This document shows positions 38,172 through 51,367 of a stretch of 64,000 nt of DNA, one piece after another. The stretch's first letter is position 1, and each line of letters opens with the position of its first letter. A program made the position numbers and the translations under genes. The notes under the pieces are model-generated. The model ran no database searches, was not told where the DNA came from, and saw only the letters and a program-made list of their open reading frames with translations. Where the stretch lies: NCBI GenBank assembly GCA_051453625.1, contig JBOZIK010000001.1:48194243-48258242 (forward strand), in the 5' to 3' direction. Source of the DNA: Welwitschia mirabilis. Its lineage: Eukaryota.

Positions 38172-38658
38172 ACTTTCCGCTAAATGATTTTATTGAAAAA
38201 GGGAAAGAAAAGCAAAGCCGGTGATGGCAATATAACCAAAACTAAAGCAAAAACTTTACTTTGAGACGAAAAAGTGGAGTAAAACGGAAGAGGTGGGTTT
38301 CATGTTATTTGAATGTACTGTTTGAAGCCTTTGTTGTTTCTTTGGAGGCTCCAAGGATCGAAATTTTATGTTTTGAAAGTCTCTAAATTTTACATTTAAT
38401 TTATGAGAACATATTATCAATTTAAATATTAAAACATTAGATGCCTATATAAAACATTAGGTAATTCCAAATTTGAAATTTTTGTTCATATAGATCGTAT
38501 ATATAAAACATTTGATCATTGGAAATTGGAAATTTTTAATTACATCCATATAGACCCATAAGTTCTATGGTACTAAAGAAGTTACAAGTTAAAATAATTT
38601 GAATACATCCTCAAAATAATGACCAAGATGTTATGACTGGCTATCCTAGAGTGGAGGG

Positions 38659-40270
38659 TGTGATGGAACCCATCAAACACCAAATTGAATTCCTTGTATC
38701 AGGAATAAAGTTTAGATCATGAAATGAATAGGCTTTCAAAATATGACTGCAAAAGTTTGTTTTCAACATTCTGTCTGCAAAAGTTTGTCTTCTTCAGCAT
38801 TTCGTTTGTAAAACTTCATCTTCAATATTTTGTCTGTAAGCATTCTATCTACAAATATCTATCTCAAACATTTTGTTTGCAAAAGTATGTCTCCAGCATT
38901 CCATCTGCAAAACTCTGTTACTAGCATTCCGTCTACAAAACTTTGTTCCCATCATTTTGTCTGTAAAAGTCCGCATACAAAACCGAGTCTGCAAAAGTCT
39001 ATCTTCAAAAAATTGTCTCCGGAACTCTGCCTCCAAAACAGTTCGCAGGAAATGTACAAAAACAGGAAGAAAAGTCCAAATTAACATCTTCCATGATCTC
39101 AATGTGGTCCACTTGTCCCTACTTTCTTTAGGGTTCAATTCTAACAAATCCTCACTCATCCCACCCTTTTCTCGACCTTTGAACCACTTCCTCTCAGTAT
39201 AAATTCATCCCTAATGCTTAAGAAATGGTAAGTTGGTGAATTATTTAGCCATTGGAAGGAAGCAAACTTGTAAACTACTAGTAAGCTCTCCTTAGATAAG
39301 AATCAAGTCCTACCATCATCACAAGCTTGGGAACCAAGTTTTCTCCGATATCAAGCTTAAAATAGCTTGAGTCTTGTAAGTTCACTATCTACAAGTTAAT
39401 AAAATCACCATTTCTTTCTTTCTGATCATATTTGATACATTTCTAGCTTTTTCTTAAGAATTCATCAATCAAACATGTTATTTAGAACTTTGAAAATGCT
39501 TTGTCATCATGTTGAAGGTTTTACATATTAAATCTTCTTATTTTTGTCTACTCAACATTTCTGTCTAGTTTATCAAATTTGCTTCATAAGATTTGTTAAA
39601 TCACTCAATCTGTTAAAATATTAATGTTTTATTTACTGATTAGTATTTCTTTCTCCATTGAATAATACTGTTCTATTCCAGTCTATCTGTAGAACTATTT
39701 TAGACTATTTATAGAACTATTCCAATTTCTCTGTAAAACTATCCTAATTGTCTATTAAATAGTCTAGTTTATTTGTTAAGTGATCTTCATTCATTAATTA
39801 AATTATTTTAGAACTTTTATCAAAATGTTTTATGCACTATGTCGTTTCATAATGTTTTCTAAGCTTATTCAATGCAACTATTAAATCATTCTGTCTAATT
39901 TTATCTGCAAAGTAGTGTCACTGTGTCTATAGAACTGTATCATTTTGTTCATACAGTTTTCAATTAGTTTACAAAATTGATTTCATGTCATTTTCTTTGT
40001 CATAGTATCTGAAATTCATAGCTCATTTATAGACAAAGTCATGGGCTATTCTAGTATTGTTTGAGCACATTTCCTTTATAAAACATCTCTTTATAATTTT
40101 CACTTTCTAAAAGAAAAATTGAAGCTTTTCTCTTCCTCAAAATAATGTCTAAATTTTGTTTCAAAGTCCTCTATCAATTTAAAGAAAAAAAAAATCTGAT
40201 AATTCACTTGTCGACCTATCAAGTTATCTAAGTCAAGTTGTTAGGAAAGTCATCACAAATTGTAGTGACA
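38659..40270 (+). repeat. 5' LTR of the Tat element (~1.6 kb), with a ~28-bp degenerate internal repeat at ~38745-39040
   Basis: TG start, ...gtgaca end 4 nt before the PBS; 38659-~39620 is homologous to 50252-~51367. Confidence 0.88.
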
Positions 40271-40274
40271 GTTT

Positions 40275-40292
40275 TGGCAAACTCAGTGGGAC
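40275..40292 (+). other. Primer-binding site (tRNA-Arg type)
   Basis: tggcaaactcagtgggac resembles the Tat-type PBS TGGCACGCCCAGTGGGAC. Confidence 0.75.
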
Positions 40293-40432
40293 CCACTTTG
40301 TGATTTAATCCTAATTAGCATCATGCATACTCAAAAGAACATGTTTTCTAAATAATATTACAAGAAGTTTCTAGTTAAAGAAGATCCTACTTCTCTTGAC
40401 AAAGACCTGATGCGAGATTATAAGGAATATTG

Positions 40433-41090
40433 TGTTAGATTATGTTTTGCCAATTGATGTCAAACTAATGTTTTCTATATAGCAAGTTTTGTGTATCTTA
40501 TGCAGAAGATGTTAAATTACTTACAGGTTGAAAGATGGAACTGAAATCATCAACTTCTGAGCACTAGAAACCTATCAGTTTATTTACCCTTAAGATGGGG
40601 TTGATCCGATTTTTGGTGGGGTTGACCGGACCTATAACCTCAAGAACTAGTGTCCCTGAACTGAATGGAAAGGGGTCGACTGGACCTTTATGGGATCGAC
40701 CTAATTTTAGGACCTGATAAAAAATATCCTCGGACTAAATGACAAGGGGTCAAGTGGACCTATGATGGGGTCGATCGGACCTGAGCACTATGCAGCTGGT
40801 ACACCTGAGTCGATTGTTATGGAGTCAACTAGACACTAGAAGGGGTCGACGGGACTCAATGCAAGAAACTGGAAGGGAGCAGACGATTAGATAAAATAGT
40901 GGGTAACCAGATTGAGATCGACTAGACCCAGATGGAGTCACTCAGACAGGGAGCCGTAAGAAATTAGGGCAACCGAATTTCTCACTCAGGTGACTTGTGT
41001 AACTTACGACACCATATATGGTTGACTGGATTTTTGTGGGGTCAACCAGACGGAATAGAAAGAAAAACTGAAGCTCACTTTATTGAAATA
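40433..41090 (+). mobile_element. Truncated Sirevirus LTR nested in the Tat leader
   Basis: tgttagattatgttttgccaattgatgtcaaa is the reverse-complement homolog of the LTR ends at 14110/20630, and is followed by a GGGGTCGAC motif cluster. Confidence 0.85.
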
Positions 41091-41149
41091 ACTCAGATTA
41101 CTGAAAAAGCTTACTATAGAAACCTCTTTCCTCCCCGAGATAGAAGGAA

Positions 41150-43100
41150 GTAAAGGTAACAATAAAGGTAAAAACATTGAAAAGGTAGAACCATCTATTA
41201 ATTAGAGCTATAGATCTAAGTAAAATCCTAGATACTGTGAAATCCTTGAAGGAGTATTTGGCACAAGTAAATCCATGTGTCAACCTTGATATTATAGAAA
41301 ACCCTTATTCAACCATCAATTTTTACAAAACGCTTAGCCCCATATGCAATCCTAGAATTTGAGATATACACAGGTGTAGAGGACCCTAAAATCCACACGA
41401 GAAATTTTAAGTACACTTGTAGCTTACATTGTATTGATGAAAACATTACTTCTCATATTTTCTATATATTCTTAAGCAAGTATACTCCAGAATGGTATCA
41501 TCATCTATCTTTAAAATCAATGTGAAGCTTAAAAGCCTTCTTTGAGGCATTTGTTAAGAAATATCCTATAAACATCATCCTTTGCATATCTTTAAAAAAT
41601 CTAACCAATTTGAAATAAGAATTCAAAGAGAATATTATGAGTTACGATCAACGATGGGAAGTTACAGCTTTACAAGTAGAATATGCCATCTCAGATAAAT
41701 ATATGATAGGATTATTCATCAAGTCATGTATTTCTTTCATCTCTAAAAACCTATAAATGTAGGTCTTCGATACTTTTGATTAAGTTATCAAACTTGCAAA
41801 GCAAATTGAAGCAGTAGGAAGAGAACAAAGAATCCTAAAATCTAGAAAAAATCCAAACAAAATTGAAGAAGGAAAATCTATGAATAAAAACTCTAAAACA
41901 ATCTCTATAGTGAAAGAACCAAAATAATAAGCATAAGGAAAAATCAACTCTAATCTTTAGAAGTTAAAAGCAAGATGTACCCTATTCAAAATAGTAATGG
42001 TCAACCTAGGAAGCTTAGAAGAACTTTTACAAAGATTAATGTGCCATTGTCTTAAATCTTAACTCTGTTTTTGACAAAATAAATAATTGAATTACCCCAA
42101 TCAAAGAAACATGCTCCCAATGCCCCAAAACCTAAGTGATACCATGAAAATCAATATTGTAGATACCACCAAGTTAGAGGTCATGGTATAACAAAATACT
42201 AGAATCTCAAAAACATAGTCTAAGACATCCTTGATAATAAGAGGACTATAAAACGAGGCTTGAAAATAGCTGGTGCCAATGAAACTCTTGAAAAATCTTA
42301 AAACCTTCTTCTAACTCAAAAAGCCTCTACCTCTCAAACAAATGGCCAAAGCACTATTATCAATGTCAATATACAATCATGATAATAGAAAGGGAGAAGT
42401 CTTTAAGACAAGAAGAAATGATTTAATCAAATAAGCAAAATTTATTGTAAATGTTAAAGCAAGCCCAACATCAAGCTAAAATCAATTATGTCCTAAGTAG
42501 TCAAACAACATGTTAGATCATTATTAATAAAATCAGAATGCTACAAATAAGCATTTGAAGAGATGGTGAATAAAATAACCTAATCTAAACTCCAAGTAAC
42601 CATAGCTATAGAGAAACGTTTTGATGTAACTTTCAAACCAAGTGAAATTTTTCCCATGCCAAAGAATCTCATCATAAAAGATCCACTATATATCACAACA
42701 CAAATTGAGTCTTCTAAAGTCAAAATATCATTTATTAATTATGGTGCTAAAACTTAACATAATCACAAATGATTTTATAAAGGCACTTGGAAAAAAACCC
42801 AAAATTAATACAAGTAACACCATCCTAATCTTCAGGCTCAACAACAAAGAAAGACCATCAATTGGAACTATTTTTCATTAGGTGTGTACATAAGTAATAA
42901 TAAAATAAAAACTGAATTTCATATTATCAAAAATTCAACATCATTTAATTTATTATTAGAATGGAATTGGATATACAATACTAAGGTGGTTATATCATTG
43001 GCACATTAGAAAGTAAAATTGTATGGCTCATCTACAGAATTCATACTTGAGAGGGGTGCAATAGTCATCATTACAAAAAAATAAGAAGATAACACTAAAA
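41150..43100 (+). pseudogene. Tat gag and protease relic
   Basis: LEFEIYTGVEDPKIH (~41355) matches the gag F..Y.G..DP..H motif; protease-like FINYGA (~42735) and SFNLLL..NWI (~42940). Confidence 0.75.
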
Positions 43101-43499
43101 CCCAAGAAATTTTAGGGAATTAAAACCTCTTAATCCTCTTATTTCAGATTCATAAAGATAAATTTAAGCCACATAAATCCTAAGTTCATCAAAATCCCTG
43201 ATGTCTAACTTCTAGATGGCTCATCAATTCCATGACCAATAAAAATTCAGAAAAATAAAACCATGCAATAAGACTATAGTATAGTGGCAATGTATATATT
43301 TTCAAAATCTAAATAGCATAAAGTGTACATGTAATACTCCCATTTGTTATTATTGGTTCAAAAAAAAAGCCCATAAACATTTTCCATCATTTATAATAAA
43401 AGAATAAGAAGCCTTCTAATTATTACAGGACTTCATCTAATAAAAATGTTTTCAAGTTCTACACATGATAGGATAGAAACAAAAATTTTTTTTCCTCTT

Positions 43500-45970
43500 A
43501 GCAAAGAAGCTGTTAGTTTTAGTCCTCCAACCTCTTGGAAGTGATGTCTTTACAAATATGCTTTAGATATGAAGATACGAAAAAAAAGATTAAAAAAACA
43601 TGATCAATGCCAATCTAAATTAGACCCATGATAATAAAAAAAATACATCACATAAATTCATGCTTACCTTCATCAACCTTAATTGAAGATAGCAACATTT
43701 TAGCATTAAAAATGTTTAAGAATAAGTAATAAGCATGACACATCTTTCTTAATACATCTACTTTCTTATGAAGGATTACATTCTTGACAATGCCATGTCT
43801 TATTTAATAGAAAGTCATCTGAATTAGACAATTACCTCTTAAGAGAAAATACTAAAATCTTCAACTCATAAATTACTTCATTCCTCTATGAAGTCTCTAT
43901 CTTTAGCCTCATGTTCTCAACTTTTAAACCCTTCACCTTTTCCACTAGTAAAGATAACTTAATTATGCCCTCATTTTTATCAAATTAATCAAATACTGAA
44001 TTTTCCTTAATAACTTCATGCATTAAATCCAAATTTAAATTTTACAATTCATGGCTTTTCTTTTGTAGTTTTATCTTCTCTATCCTCAATCAATCAATCT
44101 CTACTACTTTATGATGTCACTCATTAAAAACAAGAAACAAGTTTAATAAGGAATTGTGAAAGAGAGTGCAAGATATTTTTTTTCTCCCCTTGTCCTACAA
44201 GCTTTACCATCCTATTCTTCCAAAGATGCCTTTAATCCAAAATTTATCCCAAGACTCACAAATCAAAATAGGTCTTTCTCAGATTATAGACTTCAAACCC
44301 TAACCTACACCAATGTATACTAAAGTTCAACCAAAAAAAGGGGAGAAAAACAAAGCAACTATTAACTAATAAGCACCATTTGAAATAAAAAGCACACCTT
44401 GAGAGTTTTTCAGGATCACTTCTTTGGCCTTGAGCTTCTCTTCTCTTCTTACTACACAGAAATGTATTTCATTAAAATTCATTACCTTGAAAATCATTGT
44501 TATTGACAATCTAAAGAAAAAAGAAATGTGGACAATTTATTCCTCTAAAAAAAAGAGGACACCACATATCCTTTTTTAAAGTCGAGTCAATGACAACATC
44601 AAGTTTCTCTGAGACTACCTTTAGTGCTTGTCTTTCTTCTTCAAGCACTTCCTCATCTCCCTTAATTCCCAACTTTTGATTCATCATAAAAGATAAAACG
44701 CTGCTACTATCACAAGCTAGCGATCTCTTTATCTTCTCTATCAAATTCATAACCTACAGATTCAACCCCAAACTTGCTTGTAATGTGTGATAAATTTAAA
44801 GATTTATTACTAATCTTAATGGAACTCTTTCCCTCTTTAACCTTTGGATAAATATCTCACTAAGGTAATTTCTATCACTATCCAAAGACAATAATTTGCA
44901 AATGCTAACTAAGAGAAGGCAATTCAAATGAAAACCAAAGGGGAAAGTATACCCTTGGCTTCTCTTAGAATGTTGCATTATCAGGGACATCCTTGCCCTC
45001 ATCCAAGACCACCATTTGAAAGTTTTTCTTCTCCTCAAACATAGAATATAGGGTTCTAAAAATCCAAAATAGTATTCCTAAAGGATCAAAATAATCATTA
45101 GGCATCACTCTTAAATAAAAAGAGTTAAAAAAGGGTAGAAAATCAAATTCTAACTTGGAGTTAACTTCAAAATATGTGAAATCTTGGTCCTTTTTTATTT
45201 GACTTATGAATCTACTTTTGATATGCTATTCATCATCTGTTAAACCAAAATTCTATTTCAAATGGCTGATGAAAACTAAAGTACATTTACTGTATCAAAT
45301 GAACTCATTAGTCCTATTCATTATAAAAAAGATTATACCACATCTGAAATCAGCAATATATAAAATAATTTTACATGTGAAATCCACAACAAATAAAATA
45401 AATTATTTTAAACCAACCTTTCATTCTAAGATGGCTTCTGCTCTAAGATCTCAGTCAGGTCTACATTCTTAACATTATTTTTCATAAATATCCAACTCCA
45501 TTTTTTTGACATTGAACACTCTAATTCCTCTTCGTCCTCCCAAGTCTTATGCTTCTTTGAAGAACTGGATCCCAAATGTAATTCAATCTTTTCAAACTTC
45601 GTTGCCTTACTTCTTAACCTTAGAATCCTCTTCTTTGCTATGTCTGAACGCACACCAACTTGGAAGTATATGACTTTGATGTTGTCTAAATTATCTAATG
45701 CTTATCCCATAACTGGTATGTATAGAGATGAAGAATAGGTATATTTCCCTTTTAGAGTTGCATTTTCACCTCCTCTTTCTTCAGAATAAGTTTTAAAAGA
45801 AGGTTTCTTATGTTGTAAAGTCAATAAATCTTCTAACACCATCTTATTCAATAAATCACTCCCACTGTGTTAGATAAAAGTAGAGCCTACAAGTTAGGCC
45901 AAAAATAACAAACTTTAAAACACAAAAAGAAATCTAGCTTGGAAAATGAATATCTCTTCTCCATGATTTT
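43500..45970 (-). pseudogene. Antisense ORF relic of unknown family inside the Tat element
   Basis: Minus-strand K/E-rich ORF fragments 44511-44750, 44796-45038 and 45426-45653, with splice-like signals. No domain recognised. Confidence 0.45.
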
Positions 45971-46599
45971 CTTTTCTTAAGCTCCCTCGTTGCACACCTC
46001 GAACCACCACGTAAATGCTCTTTACTATATTGAGAAGTTTCTACGCTATGACTTATCAAAATAAAACCCCCTATACATGCTCTTGATCTCTTAACTTATG
46101 GCCTTAGTAAAGAATAAAAACCATTGCAATTTGATAATTTGAAGTCTCCTCTTCTCTCTTTATCAAGTCAAAGCCATGATAATGACAAAAAAATATGTAA
46201 TAAATAAAAAAGCAAGCCAAATTTATAGTTTTAATTTCTTAGCATAATTGGCCAAGCTAAATGTGCTAAAAATTATAATTAACTCTCTTACTTTATGTGT
46301 TTCCATTTTATGAAATAAATTCTATGTGTTTGAGACATATCAAAAAATTTAAAGAAGTTATTTTCACTGTATAAAAATAAAATAAAAGAGGAAAATGGGC
46401 AAGGTTATAACACTTAAAGAATATCATAACTTCATTAGAATTCATTCAAAATAATTGCAAGGTAAGACACCTAAGCCAACGTCCTTCCATCTATTTCCAT
46501 TCCTTCTTGGAAAGTAATTCAAATGAATACTATGAAAAACTAATTAATCTACAAAGATCTAAAAAGACATAAAATTGAAATGTTTGTATTCACCTATCA

Positions 46600-49500
46600 A
46601 AACATAGAAACTTATAACTTTTTTGTTGATGCCTAGGACAAAGATCAAACATTGAAGATTAATCAATCCTTGTCAATAAACTTAAAGGATGAACTTGAAC
46701 AACTTCTCTTGAAGAATAGGAATGTCTTCACATGGTACTACAAAGACATGCTGGGCATAAGTAAATCTATAGTCATACACAACAATTAAGCAAGCTTGAA
46801 ACAACCCCAGTAAAACAAAAGACTAGAAAGTTGAACCCTAAAATTGCTTTAACAGTCAAATAAGATATCTAATGATTATTAACTATGGGGTTTAGAGATC
46901 CATTAATTACTCTGATTGGATTTCAAACACGATCATAGTTGCAAAGAAAAATGGAAGTATCAGGATATTTATAGATTTTTGGAATTTAAACAAGATCATC
47001 CTTAGGAATGACTATCCCTACCAAACATTGACATTTTGGTAGATAATACTACTGGATATGAATTATTATCTTTTATGAATGGGTATTTGGGCTATAACCA
47101 AATCTTTATTAATCCCAAAGATCAACACAAAAACACCTTCATAAATCCATGTGGATTATTTTATTATGTCAGGATGCCATTTGGACTAAAGAATGCTAGC
47201 ACAACTTATTAATAGGACACGACTTATATCTTACACAACTTGATGTATAAATCTATTGAAGACCATGTTAATGAAATAGTTGTAAAATCACAATAGGCTA
47301 ATCAAAATTTTCAATACTTAGAAAGACTATTTGAAATAGCTTAACCTAAACTTAAAGCCTAAGAAATGTGTCTTGGGAGTCCAATCAGAAAAACTACTAG
47401 GATTCATGATATCAAGTAGGGGGGTAAATATAGACACTGAAAAAGTCAAAGAAATAACAGAAATGCCCCACTTAAGAACTTAAAAGAATTAAGGGGACTA
47501 CAAGGTAGGCTATAATTAATAAGATGTTTTATCTCAACATTAATAGATAGGTGTGAATCATTCATGCACTTATTAAGAAAGGACACAAACTTCAATTAGG
47601 TTGAGAAATGCCAATAAGCATTTGAAAATATTAAGAACTATTTGATGTCTCCACCAATATTAAGTCCACAAAATCCAAATTATCCATTATACTTATACTT
47701 AATTCATACTTAACATGTAATAAATGCCATGATTATTCAATGATACAAAGATCATAAAGACGAGCCGATCTACTACATAAGTCGAATACTACATTAATAT
47801 GAAAATAATTACTCTAATATTAAGAAAACATGCCTAAGTCTAGTATTTGTGTCACAAAAATTTAGGCATTATCTGATTAGAGGAAAGACAATCGTAATTA
47901 GTAATCAAAATATACTAAAACACATACTCAAATTTTCAATTGAACGCAAGTGATTAACAAAACGAACTTCACTCTTAGCCAAGTTTGACTTGGATTTTCA
48001 ATCACAAAAGTCATTTAAAGAGAGATACATTGTAGAACAACTGGTAGATTTGGCTCAATAAGAAGAAGAAGAAAGTAATATGTCCAACAATCAATTCCCA
48101 GATGAAGAGATCCTCCTTTTAAAGGAATGAAAGAAGTGGGATATCTACATGTATTTTAATGGAGTTAAAAATTAAAACAGGGGATTAGTAGGGATAGTTT
48201 TCTTTTTCAATGGTAATTACACTTGCATGCCCTATCATTCAAGTTCAACTTTCTCTACACAAACAACATAGCCAAGTACGAAGTATTACTAAGAGGGCTT
48301 AACATAGCCATCTAATTGGCACTACACAACTTGAAAATCATTAGAGATTCCCAACTTATGATTAACCAAATCATTGGAACATATAATGTCAGTCTAAGAC
48401 TCTATAACCCTATTTAGAAGAATCCAAGAAAAGCATATCCTAACTAACTAACTATGAGATTGAGTTAACTTTAGGAAGGAATAACAAAATAGCAAATAAT
48501 CTAGCCAATTTGTCCAACTATTATCTACATGATTTGATAATGAAAGAAATTGTAAACATATAAAAAATAGATAATTCCTATTTGGAGGAATGTAAAACAA
48601 GTGAGATCTTAGACATTCAATAAGGAAAAAGTTCAAAGGTCATAAAAAATACAACCCAATTAGATGATTGACATATGATTATGATGCATTATTTAAAAGA
48701 TAAAATATTACCTAATAGGTTCACTAATTCTAAAAAGTAAAATTTTAGAATAAAAGCATAAAATTATCCCTAATCTAAGATCAACTTTTGAAAAGGTCAT
48801 TTGATGGTATCTTATTACATTGCCTCAAATATTCTAAAGCATTAACAATCTTAAAAGAAGCCCATTTTTATTTATGTGGAATACACTAGGGGGTAAAATC
48901 ATTATCTCTCCACATCATTCGATTAGTGTATTACTAGATAACTTTACCACAAGAATATATCAATTATGTCAAAAATTGTCATAAATGTCAAATTCACATA
49001 GCTAAATGAATTATACCCAATTGATCCTATGGGGATTTTCAAAAAATGGGGATTAGATATATAGGGCTAATAAATCCACCTTCCTTCAAATCATATGCCT
49101 TTATCTTAACGACAATTAAATACTTCTCAAAATGGATTGAAGCAATCCCATTAAGGAAAATTACATAAATCCAAAAGTTCATCCTAGAAAACATTATCAT
49201 AAGATTCAGAATTCCTTATGGTTTAATGACTGATAATAGCCCCTAGTTCAAATTGGTTGAATTAGATTAATTCTTGCAAAAGTTCAACATAAGCCATTTA
49301 TTCTTGTCACCTAGATATTCACAAGCAAATGATCAAGTTGAATCCACAAATAAAATCATAATCAAACATCTAAAAAAACTTATCCAAATAAATAAGAAGT
49401 CATGGCATGAAAAATTGAGCTATGCCCTATGAGTATGTTGAATAAAAATAAAAACCGCCACTAGATTAACCCCATATGAATTTGTGTACAAATCAGAAAC

Positions 49501-49885
49501 ACTTATTCCCATGAAAATACAAATGTCTACTCTTAAGATGATGATCAAGGACTTTGAAATCACAAATAAAAACAAGAAAACAAGATTGACATAATTGGAA
49601 TTGTTAGAGGAAAAACATGATTAAGCCTTGAATCTTGGTCAAATCTACCAAAATCGAATAAGTAAGGCATACAACAAAAATGTCAAAAGTAGAGATTTTA
49701 ATGTCAATGATCTAGTTCTAAAACTTAACAGATCTAAAAAGGGATCAATATTCTCTTCAAACTTGTTAGGACTGTACATGATATCAAAAAAATATGAAAA
49801 GAAACTTATAAATTGAAAAATCTTAATAATATAAAGGATAAGGGGCTAATAAATTCTTATTATTTAAAGAAATATTACTATTAAA
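46600..49885 (+). pseudogene. Tat pol relic: RT, RNase H, additional (archaeal-type) RNase H, integrase
   Basis: NVFTWYYKDMLGI (~46720), KKNGSIRIFIDFWNLNK (~46945), MPFGLKNAS (~47173); additional RH MYFNG, TNNIAKYEVLLRGL and DSQLMINQ (~48150-48370); integrase CGIH...CHKCQ, YFSKWIEA and TDNSP. Confidence 0.95.
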
Positions 49886-50251
49886 TCATTGCTTTAAATC
49901 ATTTCAAGTTAAGATTTCATCTTTCTTTTAATGTGTTAGTTGTAACTATATTATCACATAGATTTCATGTTCTTCTTTATCAGAATTATGAATTTTCAAC
50001 AAAGAAAGCAAAATAGAGCTTCCAATTACTAAAATGTTCAAAACATGACCAATAGGATTAGGTACTTACTCGATGAAATGACATCACTAAGGCATCATCT
50101 CAAGCAAACTACAAATCAACAAGAGCCAAATCACAAAAACTAAGAGGAAACAACATTTGATCTAGAAGAAGCACAACCTATTGAAGATTCAGAAGAACAA
50201 ATAGGTTTTTACTGTAATATGACCCCATGTCATAGTAAAAAGGGAGTAAAC

Positions 50252-51367
50252 TGTGATGGAATTCATTAAGAACCAAATTGAATTTCCCAAATCACGAATA
50301 AAGTTTAGATCATGAAATGAATAGACCTTCAAAGTATGTCTACAAAAGTCTATTTTCAACATTCTATCGGCAAAAGTTTATCTTCAATGTTCTGTTTATG
50401 AAAGTCTATCTTTAGCATTTCATTTATCAAAATTCATCTTCAATATTTTATCTATAAATATTCATCTTTAGCATTCTGTCTATAAATATATGTCTCTAGC
50501 ATTCTATATGTGCAAGTCTATCTCTAGCATTTCATATGAAAAACTCTCTCTCCAGCATTTCTTTCATAAAACTCTCTCCCAACATTCTGTTTATAAAACT
50601 TTATCTCTAGTATTCCATTTGTAAAACTCCATCTTGAGGATTTCATCTGCAAAACTTTATTTATAGTATTATATCTAGAAGATTTCACATATAAAACCTA
50701 GTTACAAAATTCTATCTCTAGCAAACTATCTTTAAAACTCTGTCTTCAAAATAGTTTTGTAGGTAATCTACAAAAAGGAGAAGAAAAGTCCAAATTAACT
50801 TCTTTCATGATCTTAATGTGGTCCACTTATCCGTACTTTTTCTAGGGTTTAATCCTAATAAATCCTCACTCATCACACCCTTTTCTCAACCTCTCAACCA
50901 CTTCCTCTTATTATAAATTCATTCTTAATGCTTGAGAAATGGTAAGTTGGTGAATTATTTAGGTATTAGAAGGAAGCAAAGTTATCAGCCACTAGAAAGC
51001 TCTCTTTAGTTAAGCATGTAAGAATTAAAAGAGAGGATTATGGACCGCACCTACTTAGCCATCATCACAAGCATGGAAACCAAAAGTTTTCTTTGATATC
51101 AAGATTAACATAGCTTGAGTCTTGTAAGTCTACTCTCTACAAGTCAATAAAGTCATCATTTCTTGCTTTGTGGGTATATCTGATACATTTCCATCTTTTT
51201 CTTAGGAATTTTATGAATCAAATATGTCCTTTAGAGCTTTGAAAAGGCTTTGTCATTATTTTTAAGGTTTTACATCTTAAATCTTCTTATTCTGTCTACT
51301 AAATAGTTCTATCTAGTTTATTAGATTTACTTCATAAGATTCTTTAAATTATCAATTTGTTAAAATA
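50252..51367 (+). repeat. 3' LTR of the Tat element, truncated
   Basis: Preceded by PPT aaaaagggagtaaac. Homology to the 5' LTR stops at tgttaaaata (~51367), so no TSD can be read. Confidence 0.88.

Larger units (their letters stand above)
38659..51367 (+). mobile_element. Ty3/Gypsy Tat-clade (Ogre/Retand-type) retrotransposon, decayed, 3' LTR truncated
   Basis: LTRs start tgtgatggaa at 38659 and 50252; PBS 40275-40292; PPT before 50252; domain order gag-PR-RT-RH-additional RH-INT. Confidence 0.92.

Noticed and set aside
38724..39202. Cluster of ORFs with repeated FCLQK/FVCK words
   Set aside because: Translations of the ~28-bp repeat inside the Tat LTR; not open in the sister LTR.
40251..40257. 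CATCACA as the 5' LTR end (perfect inverse of the TGTGATG start)
   Set aside because: It lies 17 nt from the PBS, whereas the CA at 40270 is 4 nt away, the usual spacing. The truncated 3' LTR prevents a definitive check.
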